DNA of 39,866 nt from contig JAZQSI010000136.1 in assembly GCA_045629985.1 (NCBI GenBank), positions 1 to 39,866 of the forward strand, written 5' to 3'. A program made the position numbers and the translations under genes. Below the pieces are notes generated by a model, which saw nothing but the letters and a program-made list of their open reading frames with translations, was not told the origin of the DNA and did no database searches. The stretch is from Eubacteriales bacterium. GTDB lineage: Bacteria > Bacillota > Clostridia > Oscillospirales > JAAYXM01. This document shows positions 8,971 through 16,391 of this stretch, piece after piece (within the stretch, counting starts at the first letter, position 1; every line of letters begins with the position of its first letter).

Positions 8971-9936
8971 TTATTTCCCCATTTTTCTATCCAGAAAATC
9001 ATTTATTATCTCAATAAGTTCATCGTCCGCCGTGCCGTCGTCATCAAACAGAAGATTTGTATGGCCTGCGTTGTCGGGATGCGACCGCATTATGAACTCA
9101 ACATTATCGCCCGTTAAGTTCTCTCTGTGAGATATAATCGAAAACTTATCTACAGGTATCAGATCGTCATCCTCACCGTGTATCAGAAGCACGGGCGTAT
9201 CTGTTTTTGCAATCGCCTTATCCGCGCGGAGATTTACCGTCTCGCTTCCGAAAAGCATCGTCTGGTACAGCCAGAGGAAGCCGTAATTTACATATGCAAG
9301 CGGTCCTATCTTTGATACCGACGCGCTCATTATTCCGTCCATCGCGCTGTTCACTCCGCTTACCGATACAACGGCTGAAATGTCGTAATCGTACGCAAGC
9401 GCACAACACGCGGCATACCCACCGCGCGAATGCCCGAGAAGAACAATGTCCTTATGCGAAAAATTATCCTTGCTTTTAAGATAATCAAGCGTTGCCCTTA
9501 TATCACAGAGTTCCTGCGGGAATCCTATACTTGAATCCCCCTCGGACTTACAGCAGCCCGTTGAGTCAAACGCGAACACCGACCACCCGCACAAAAGCAA
9601 CTCGTGTATCTGCCAGATGTAGCTATCCGAGCACGCATTGTACCCGGGAACGATTACAATAAGCGAGTCTTTCGCATTTTCGCCGCGGCACTTATACAAA
9701 TATCCGGAGAGCATATTTTCTCCCGACGGGTATGTCACCGTTTCGCGGAATGCAACAGTTTCCGAAAGCCCCTCGGGATATTCCGACAAAGTGCAGTCAT
9801 AGCGCACGAAAATACTGTCATATATGATTTTTGTAGCAAGAAGAGATACCGTAAAAAAACATAAAATTGTTATAATAATGGCTATCAATACCCTTTTCAG
9901 TTTAGGTTTTTTAGAAAGTACCATTATTATCACCAC
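8971..9936 (-). CDS. Membrane-anchored alpha/beta hydrolase (Ser nucleophile GHSRGG)
   Basis: N-terminal TM segment, then VIVPGY...FDSTGCCKSEG...LLGHSRGG...HGEDDD...AGH. The start is either GTG 9936 or ATG 9924, the latter with a GGTGA RBS. Confidence 0.8.
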   Translation of the reverse strand: MVIIMVLSKKPKLKRVLIAIIITILCFFTVSLLATKIIYDSIFVRYDCTLSEYPEGLSETVAFRETVTYPSGENMLSGYLYKCRGENAKDSLIVIVPGYNACSDSYIWQIHELLLCGWSVFAFDSTGCCKSEGDSSIGFPQELCDIRATLDYLKSKDNFSHKDIVLLGHSRGGYAACCALAYDYDISAVVSVSGVNSAMDGIMSASVSKIGPLAYVNYGFLWLYQTMLFGSETVNLRADKAIAKTDTPVLLIHGEDDDLIPVDKFSIISHRENLTGDNVEFIMRSHPDNAGHTNLLFDDDGTADDELIEIINDFLDRKMGK

Positions 9937-9969
9937 TTTATATAATTTTTAACCAAAGGAGCGCTTGAG

Positions 9970-10944
9970 ATGAAGTTCGTTCCAACTTACAAGCTTGATA
10001 TTATCCCTGACGCTGAATTTAACACACGCATTTCCGATGTGGAAAAGAAGCTTGCTGAATGCAGAACTACGGGAAACTTCAACGCTTTTGACAACACAAA
10101 AATATATTATGAGTTCTTCTTAAGCGAGGGAAACCGCGCTTCAATCGTTATTGTTCACGGTCTAAGCGAGTTTACGAAAAAGTTTTATGAATTCATCTAC
10201 TATATGCTCAATCAGGGCTATAACCTGTTTGTTTACGACCAACGCTGTCATGGTCTTTCCGGAAGGCTTACCAACCACCGCGACCTTCTGCACGTTGACC
10301 GCTTCGATGATTACGTACGCGATCTCAACCAGTTCATGGACGAAGTCGTAGCTCCAAAGACGGACAAGCCCATCTATCTGTATGCCCATTCCATGGGTTG
10401 TGCGGTTGCCGCGCTGTATCTCGCACGATACCGCGAAAAAATAAAAAAAGCCATTCTTTCCGCACCGATGTTCATGCCCGTTGTGGATATGGTGCCTCAG
10501 CAGGTTGCTCGCCACGGCCTCGCCGTCGCAAAGGCTATCCTCGGCAAAAAAAGAAAGTTCTCCCTGACAAAAGAATTCAATCCCGATGTGTCCTACAGAG
10601 CAAGCCACGGCACAAGCCGTGTACGCTTTGAATATAATATGAACCTGCGCCGTGAAAATCCTTTCTACCAGTCAACTCCCATGAGCCTCGGCTGGGTATA
10701 TAACTCCCTGACCGTCGGAGGCGAGATTTTCAAGCGCAAGATTATTGACAATATCAACGCAAAGATTCTCATAATCTCTGCAGAAAACGACACAATGGTC
10801 GAAAACGAGCCCCAGCATCTGTTCGCAAAGCGATGCAAAAATTGCGAGCTCTTTGAAATAAAAGGCGAAACCCACGCACTGCTCGCAAGCAACGAGAAAA
10901 CGCTTGGTGAGATGATGCAACGCATCCTCTCTTTCTATGATTAA
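9970..10944 (+). CDS. Alpha/beta hydrolase, lysophospholipase/monoacylglycerol-lipase-like
   Basis: VIVHGLSEF...YDQRCHGLSG...LYAHSMGC...ENDTMV...GETHAL. RBS AAAGGAG precedes the start. 324 aa. Confidence 0.85.
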   Translation: MKFVPTYKLDIIPDAEFNTRISDVEKKLAECRTTGNFNAFDNTKIYYEFFLSEGNRASIVIVHGLSEFTKKFYEFIYYMLNQGYNLFVYDQRCHGLSGRLTNHRDLLHVDRFDDYVRDLNQFMDEVVAPKTDKPIYLYAHSMGCAVAALYLARYREKIKKAILSAPMFMPVVDMVPQQVARHGLAVAKAILGKKRKFSLTKEFNPDVSYRASHGTSRVRFEYNMNLRRENPFYQSTPMSLGWVYNSLTVGGEIFKRKIIDNINAKILIISAENDTMVENEPQHLFAKRCKNCELFEIKGETHALLASNEKTLGEMMQRILSFYD

Positions 10945-11561
10945 TCTTGATTTTCTTTTTCGGCGATTCGCTTCGCCTCATCTGCGGCGGCATGAATCAA
11001 CGCCACAAGCGCTCTGAACACTCTCACGGTTATTACCGTTTCGAATTCGGCTGAGCCTTTTTCCTTTGAATAATCGCAGACGATGTTTATCTCCTCGCCC
11101 TTCTCGCAAACTTTCATATTGGAATGCACAAGCCCTATAATCGGCCACACAATTGCGTGGCAAGCTCCATAGCCTATCGCAGTTTTTGCCGCGTCGTTTT
11201 CGGCGCATACGATATTGAGCTTTAAAACCTTGACCTTGCAATGCGAAAGCAACTGCAAAAGTCTTTTCAGGAGCGATATTATAAGAGAGAGACTTTCGCT
11301 TATTGTTGAAGATAAGCCGCCGGACTTTATGCTGTCTGCAAGTTTATCTTTTTCAACACGTGAAAGTCCCGAAGTTTCTTTAAGCATCTTTACAACGGGG
11401 TTTGAAGGGTCGGGATTTTCGCCGTATGTTTTCCCCAGAAACTTATATCTGAAAATAAGCTCCCCCGTCGGGTCAGTTTTCAGAATAACATCCACAGGGA
11501 GCATCAGTATAACGGCAATAAGAAGTATTATAAACGCTGCTATACCTGCAAGAATCCACAT
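10941..11561 (-). CDS. N-terminally anchored protein, DUF2953-like
   Basis: One TM segment (ILAGIAAFIILLIAVILML) followed by LPVDVILKTD...FRYKFLGKTYG. The family call is from memory and of low certainty. Last gene of the lipid operon. Confidence 0.6.
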   Translation of the reverse strand: MWILAGIAAFIILLIAVILMLPVDVILKTDPTGELIFRYKFLGKTYGENPDPSNPVVKMLKETSGLSRVEKDKLADSIKSGGLSSTISESLSLIISLLKRLLQLLSHCKVKVLKLNIVCAENDAAKTAIGYGACHAIVWPIIGLVHSNMKVCEKGEEINIVCDYSKEKGSAEFETVITVRVFRALVALIHAAADEAKRIAEKENQD

Positions 11562-11580
11562 TCCTTTTCACCCCCTGGTT

Positions 11581-11988
11581 TTATTTTCTGCCGAGTTTTT
11601 TTCGGATTTTTTCGCGAACCTCATCCAAAAACGCTGAGCTGCTTTCTCCAAAAGCACAGCTATTTACAAAGTGCTCACAGTTGTTGTGAAGAATATCATA
11701 TCCGCTCTCGCCGATTCGCTCGCGAGCGCATCTGATAATCTCCTCACGTGAGCGCATTTTTTTTGCTTCTTCCCGGCTCGGATGTGCCACCTCAACATCT
11801 CCTCCCGCGAGGAATGTGTAGATGTCAGACGTGAGAACGTGAATCTCATTTGCAGGTCTTCCCGGGTCATCAGGAAGACCGAACTGAATAACCTCATCCT
11901 CGCTTACAAAAACGCCGTAGTGGCAATAGAAGCTCACCTTTGTTCGCACTATGTCGCCACGTTTCGGCGACACGCTTCTCCACTCCAT
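11581..11988 (-). CDS. LRAT/PLAAT (H-rev107, NlpC/P60 superfamily) domain protein, 135 aa
   Basis: Conserved His in CHYGVFV and the signature NNCEHF, which holds the catalytic Cys. Its start overlaps the upstream stop by 1 nt (TGATG). Confidence 0.8.
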   Translation of the reverse strand: MEWRSVSPKRGDIVRTKVSFYCHYGVFVSEDEVIQFGLPDDPGRPANEIHVLTSDIYTFLAGGDVEVAHPSREEAKKMRSREEIIRCARERIGESGYDILHNNCEHFVNSCAFGESSSAFLDEVREKIRKKLGRK

Positions 11989-12227
11989 CAGCCGACCTTC
12001 TTCTCAATTGTGCGAATGACATCGCCGACGGTCCTGATCTCAAGAAAATCGTCATTACAGAACTTTATGTCAAACTCATCCTCAAGCGCCATCGCCATGT
12101 ACAGAAGGCCAACGGAATTTATGCCGATATCTTCCCTGAGGGAAGATTCTGGTGTTATCCCATCAACATTTATATCACCGTCAAAAACAGCTGTGCAGAC
12201 TTCAACAAGTCTTTCAAAAATGTCCAT
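11988..12227 (-). CDS. Stand-alone acyl/peptidyl carrier protein (79 aa)
   Basis: Four-helix carrier pattern with the phosphopantetheine-site motif DIGINSVGLL (Ser38). It starts 2 nt after the upstream stop. Confidence 0.8.
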   Translation of the reverse strand: MDIFERLVEVCTAVFDGDINVDGITPESSLREDIGINSVGLLYMAMALEDEFDIKFCNDDFLEIRTVGDVIRTIEKKVG

Positions 12228-12229
12228 CT

Positions 12230-13513
12230 TTATTTCTCCAATGCGTTTTCATCATTACCCGCCGCCTTGCATCTTTTAAGTTCTGAGACAAGCGCGTCGG
12301 TAATGTTTTTTATATCGGCAAAACTCGGAACTTTCCTCGTACTGTAATCGGCAGGATTAACGGGATTTCCGATTATAACCGTCTGCCTCTCATACCAACG
12401 TTTCCTTCCGACAATGTGCATCGGAACAATCGGCACACCTGCACGTATTGCCATAAGGACAGCTCCTGATTTTATATCATTTACGTCATTGTCCTTTTGT
12501 ATTCCGCCCTGCGGGAAGACAGTAAGAAGATACCCCTCGCGAAGCTTTGTAATCGCTCGGTCTATTCCTTCAACATCCGCGGCATTACGATCAATCCTTA
12601 TCGCGCCGACACCCTTGAGAAAAAATGACCGAACACGTCCGCCCATAACGATTTCAGCAACCAGATAGTGCATTCGTCTGTACCAGAACGTGAGCCCCGC
12701 TATGAACGGGTCGAGAAAAGACGTATGGTTTGCCGCAATAATTGCGCCACCTTTTATTTTCACTTTGTATTTTTCACCTTCGGGCGTAAGTCTCTTGATT
12801 CGCAATACCGGCATAAGGGCCGACATAACAAACCTCGACATATCCATAGGCAATCGACGGATGTCAAAAAGCCTGTGTTGCTGTTTTCTGCAAATAAGCT
12901 CTTTCTCAAGCGAGTAAACCTTATCGTGCAAAATATCCGTAAGATATTTCAGCTGTTCTTCTGTAGATATGCCGTCCTTCATATAATCCGTAAGGTGAAA
13001 CGGCTCACCCACGCACACGCCCGTGCGTTTGAATATACCGTATCTTCCGTCTGTATATACGGGAACAATCGGCGCATCGCAATTCATCGCAATGAACGCC
13101 GTGCTCGTCGTAAACGGGAAAGGTTTTCCTCCGACAGGAAGACGTGCTTCGGGAAAAACTCCCACGGTCCCGCCGGCATCAAGAATCTCGAGTGCTTCGC
13201 TGACAAAGGAAAAATCCCGGTCATCACGGTTTACTCTCACACCGCCGAGGGAATTCAAGAGAAACGAAAAGAACTTTCCCTTATTATAAAGCACCTCTGC
13301 CATAAGAAAACGCACTGTGCGGAAAGGAAAAACCAGAAGATACAGAACGAAATCAAGAAGCGATTTATGATTTGAAACTATGATGCACGATTTCGGCAAT
13401 CTTCTTTTTGCCCTGAACACACGAGGCTTAAAAAACAGCCACGCGGGCAAACCTCCTGTTATCCTCGCGAAAGCGAGGAACAGGTCAATAAACCATTTTT
13501 TCTTCATAATCAA
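12230..13513 (-). CDS. Tandem double PlsC/LPLAT-type acyltransferase (two complete acyltransferase domains)
   Basis: Domain 1: NHKSLLD, GGVRVNR, FPEARL, PIVPV. Domain 2: NHTSFLD, GAIRIDR, FPQGG, PIVPM. TTG start at 13513 overlaps the upstream stop; an alternative ATG lies at 13507. Confidence 0.85.
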   Translation of the reverse strand: MIMKKKWFIDLFLAFARITGGLPAWLFFKPRVFRAKRRLPKSCIIVSNHKSLLDFVLYLLVFPFRTVRFLMAEVLYNKGKFFSFLLNSLGGVRVNRDDRDFSFVSEALEILDAGGTVGVFPEARLPVGGKPFPFTTSTAFIAMNCDAPIVPVYTDGRYGIFKRTGVCVGEPFHLTDYMKDGISTEEQLKYLTDILHDKVYSLEKELICRKQQHRLFDIRRLPMDMSRFVMSALMPVLRIKRLTPEGEKYKVKIKGGAIIAANHTSFLDPFIAGLTFWYRRMHYLVAEIVMGGRVRSFFLKGVGAIRIDRNAADVEGIDRAITKLREGYLLTVFPQGGIQKDNDVNDIKSGAVLMAIRAGVPIVPMHIVGRKRWYERQTVIIGNPVNPADYSTRKVPSFADIKNITDALVSELKRCKAAGNDENALEK

Positions 13514-15420
13514 ATATGCTTTTCCAGATATTCGCAGATGTCGCGCACCGTATAACAGAACTTGTCATTCTGCTTATAGTCCGACACGGAAAATTTTTCC
13601 GACAGACGCGAGAGAATGGAAAAATACTGTATGCTCGTTGCACCGAGGTCGTAGAAAATGTGAGTATCGACTCCGATATCCTCGGCAGAAATTCCGAGAA
13701 TCTCCGCGATAACCACGCGCACGTCTCTCGCAAGGCGTGACTCACCGCCATCCTTTGCTTCGCCTTTCATATCCGCGAATGAAATAAGCTTAACTTCTCC
13801 GTTTTCAATTTTTCTTATAAGCTGTGCACGACTGACTTTTATAGCGGTCGGTGGGCACAGAGCATCGGTAGTGAAATAGAACTTCTTTATAGAAGTCGTA
13901 CGCGGAAGAGTGTCGTTTATTGCATAAACAGCCTCGCGAATGGCGCGAAGCTTCTCGTCTGAAACAAACTCGCTGACTTCTGCGACAAGCGAAAGCTCAT
14001 CGCCGTCCTCGCCGCGAAGCCCGAGCACTGATAATGCTTTTGCATCTTTGATGTCAAGCAGTTTCTCAATCATATCAGGGTTGATGTTCTCGCCGTTTTC
14101 ACCGAGCACGATATCGCTCTCGCGGCCGAGGATAAAGTAGTTCCCCTCACTCTCAACCATCTTGTCGCCCGTGTTAAACCATCCGTCAAAGACCTGTTCT
14201 TTCCCATTAACGAGTTTTCTTGTGCAGAGAGAACTTCCCCTTACGAGGAGAACTCCGTCATCGGAGATTTTGTACTCAACCGAGTCAAACGGGCGCCCAA
14301 TAGAATTCTCGCATCGATGCTTCATCTTTCTGCGAAGCTCAACGGAGGTAATTCCGATTTCGCTCATGCCGTATCCGTTGTATGTGTTGTACCCGATGCC
14401 GTTAAGAAGCTCGAGAGCGGAATCTTTCACATAGCTTCCGCCGTTTATACAGAACATAACCGACTCTCCGAAAATTTCTCTCGTGACCTTTCCCATAATC
14501 TTCTTTGAAAGTTCAGGCCCAAAACTCGGAAACATATTCTGCAAAAATGACGTAAGCTTCATTGCTTTTTGCAATTTTTCATATTCGCCCTTTTCGTTTG
14601 CGGTGGCAATAACGCTCTTTTCGATAGTGTGCCACAAAACAGGAACGGCGAAAATGTGCGTCACGTTATGCTTTCTGCAGGTTTTGAGTATTGTGTCTGC
14701 CGAATAGTTGCGCAAAAATACGATTGTCCGTGCAAAGAATGCAAACCAGAAATATACGGCAAAAAGACCAAATACATGGTAAAACGGCAGAAATGCAAGC
14801 TGTTTGAGTTCACCTTTGTAATGCTTTGCAATTCTCGGCTCAAGCTTAACTATAGTTTCGAAATTCATTATCTGCTCCGAAACCTCGGCACCCGTGTAGA
14901 AACACACTACTTCGTTCATAGAGGTTGCGGAAGAAGAAAATGCAATCTCGTTTTCAAAAACATCGCGCGGAGGAGCTCCTTCACCCACAAGCTCAGAAAC
15001 AGGTATACTCTCGGCATTAAGTTCAGACACGTCTTTACAGACAGTGTATTTTATGCCGAGAGTTTCAAAAATACCGTTTGAGAGCGAGGCCGGGTAGCGC
15101 AAATTCACAAGATACGGTCTATTTCCGCTCATGAGTATTGCCCAGAAAGCAACAATCCACTCGGGACTGTTGTCAAGCTCCAGCGCAATATACGCGTGAG
15201 TTGCGCCTACCTTTTCGTAAAGAGCCGCCGCCGCGCTTTTAATTCTGTTTTCCATCTCGCCGTAGGTTTGTTTTTTTACTCTGAAACCGTCACTCGTCTC
15301 ACAAAGCACGCTGTCTTTCCATGAAAACATGATTTCATAGATATCAGCAAATCGCTTTTCTGACTTCACCAGAGCATCGCGGTTTCTTTTTATAATCTTT
15401 CTGAGTTTTCCGTCCATCAC
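13510..15420 (-). CDS. ANL-superfamily adenylate-forming enzyme fused to a C-terminal carrier domain
   Basis: Motifs YNGYGMSE (A5), FNTGD (A7), GRESDIVLGENGENINP (A8) and LPRTTSIKK (A10 Lys) are present. The C-terminal carrier domain carries DLGATSIQ. The A3 P-loop position reads SSSATSMNE. Confidence 0.85.
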   Translation of the reverse strand: MMDGKLRKIIKRNRDALVKSEKRFADIYEIMFSWKDSVLCETSDGFRVKKQTYGEMENRIKSAAAALYEKVGATHAYIALELDNSPEWIVAFWAILMSGNRPYLVNLRYPASLSNGIFETLGIKYTVCKDVSELNAESIPVSELVGEGAPPRDVFENEIAFSSSATSMNEVVCFYTGAEVSEQIMNFETIVKLEPRIAKHYKGELKQLAFLPFYHVFGLFAVYFWFAFFARTIVFLRNYSADTILKTCRKHNVTHIFAVPVLWHTIEKSVIATANEKGEYEKLQKAMKLTSFLQNMFPSFGPELSKKIMGKVTREIFGESVMFCINGGSYVKDSALELLNGIGYNTYNGYGMSEIGITSVELRRKMKHRCENSIGRPFDSVEYKISDDGVLLVRGSSLCTRKLVNGKEQVFDGWFNTGDKMVESEGNYFILGRESDIVLGENGENINPDMIEKLLDIKDAKALSVLGLRGEDGDELSLVAEVSEFVSDEKLRAIREAVYAINDTLPRTTSIKKFYFTTDALCPPTAIKVSRAQLIRKIENGEVKLISFADMKGEAKDGGESRLARDVRVVIAEILGISAEDIGVDTHIFYDLGATSIQYFSILSRLSEKFSVSDYKQNDKFCYTVRDICEYLEKHI

Positions 15421-15445
15421 AAACCTCGCAAGAAAGTGTTATGTA

Positions 15446-15979
15446 TTAAAGATTGAAGATGAAGTTGAAGAATGCTATTGTGAGATAAAGTGCCGCAATA
15501 CCTGCACCGACAAGACCGAAAATTTTGCCAAGGCGGCTGAAGATAGCAAGTTTGCCGCCGTCATCATTCTTGCTTGAAAGGATGAAACCGACAACTGAAA
15601 GCGGTGCGGCAAAGAACAAGTATCCGATTGCCATTCCAAAAGCAAAATCTTCTCTGCGAAGGTTTGACATAATCTGGCAGAAGGCAATGAAGTGGCTGAG
15701 AAGACCTGTAGCGGACAATGCCATACCTACTATTTTTCCTACGAGATTAGAATTATCTCCAGATGCTGCTACCGGTTCTGCAGGGCTGTAAGCAGGAGCA
15801 GCGGGTTCTGCAACAGGAGCAGCGGGCTCTACAACAGGAGCAACGGGCTCTGCAACGGGCTCTGCAACGGGAGCAACAGGCTCCTCTACAGGCACTGCAT
15901 ACATCATCTTGGTACCGCAGTTACCGCAGAAGTTCATCGGTTCTTCTGATTTTGTGTTACAATTCGGACAAAAATACAT
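15446..15979 (-). CDS. Zinc-ribbon membrane protein with a Pro/Ala/Val/Glu-rich linker
   Basis: MYFCPNCNTK...FCGNCGTK zinc ribbon, an (EPVAPVA)n-like linker, then 3-4 TM segments. I chose the ATG at 15979 because GGAGGGGA lies 5 nt upstream; the track start at 16018 has no RBS. Confidence 0.75.
   Translation of the reverse strand: MYFCPNCNTKSEEPMNFCGNCGTKMMYAVPVEEPVAPVAEPVAEPVAPVVEPAAPVAEPAAPAYSPAEPVAASGDNSNLVGKIVGMALSATGLLSHFIAFCQIMSNLRREDFAFGMAIGYLFFAAPLSVVGFILSSKNDDGGKLAIFSRLGKIFGLVGAGIAALYLTIAFFNFIFNL
15775..15885. repeat. Imperfect in-frame tandem DNA repeats encoding the Pro/Ala-rich linker
   Basis: Reiterated GCAACAGGAGCAGCGGGCTCT / GCAACGGGCTCT units. Confidence 0.6.
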
Positions 15980-16009
15980 TAAAATCCCCTCCAAAATTAT
16001 TATAGAAAA

Positions 16010-16038
16010 ATTATACACTATTTCCTGTCATTTTTCAA
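16010..16038 (-). promoter_or_regulatory. Putative sigma-A promoter of the zinc-ribbon / ANL / LPLAT / ACP / LRAT operon
   Basis: On the minus strand, TTGAAA (16038-16033), 17 nt spacer, TATAAT (16015-16010), about 30 nt upstream of the ATG at 15979. Confidence 0.5.
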
Positions 16039-16118
16039 GCAATTTTTCACTCTCAAAGCCCCAAAAGCACAAGATCTTTGCTCTTATTTCACACCGCGAT
16101 GCATTAAACAAAAAAAGC

Positions 16119-16190
16119 TTCGAGCCCTTCCATATTTAAATACAAAAAAGACATCCGTTGGATGTCTTTTTTGGTCGGAGTGACAGGGCT
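16119..16190. repeat. Direct repeat copy 1: terminator hairpin plus the last 19 nt of tRNA-Pro (orphan 3' fragment)
   Basis: Identical to 16319-16391 except the hairpin loop (GTT versus TTTC). Positions 16172-16190 equal the tRNA 3' end, including the encoded CCA. Confidence 0.85.
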
Positions 16191-16270
16191 TCATATTGCT
16201 CCGCAATCTGCCAACCTCGGCGACCCAAATGCTTCGCATTTCGGTACCCGCCTTCGCTCCTCGCGCCAAG

Positions 16271-16293
16271 AAAACAGTCCCCCGGACTGTTTT
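16271..16293. terminator. Terminator-like hairpin inside the inter-repeat spacer
   Basis: AAAA-CAGTCC-CCC-GGACTG-TTTT. The structure is symmetric, so it could act on either strand. Confidence 0.4.
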
Positions 16294-16318
16294 CCTCTTT
16301 GTCGCGACCTTCTCAAGG

Positions 16319-16391
16319 TTCGAGCCCTTCCATATTTAAATACAAAAAAGACATCCTTTCGGATGTCTTTTTTGGTCGGAGTGACAGGGCT
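16319..16391. repeat. Direct repeat copy 2: covers the real tRNA-Pro 3' end and its terminator
   Basis: See copy 1. The repeat period is 200-201 bp. Confidence 0.85.
16344..16372 (-). terminator. Intrinsic terminator downstream of tRNA-Pro
   Basis: GACATCC-loop-GGATGTC stem flanked by A6 and T6 runs, directly after the encoded CCA. Confidence 0.6.

Noticed and set aside
16311-16340. Plus-strand tRNA suggested by the T-arm-like AAGGTTCGAGCCCTT.
   Set aside because: No matching acceptor, D or anticodon arms can be drawn upstream. The same sequence recurs in repeat copy 1 without the 5' half of the stem.
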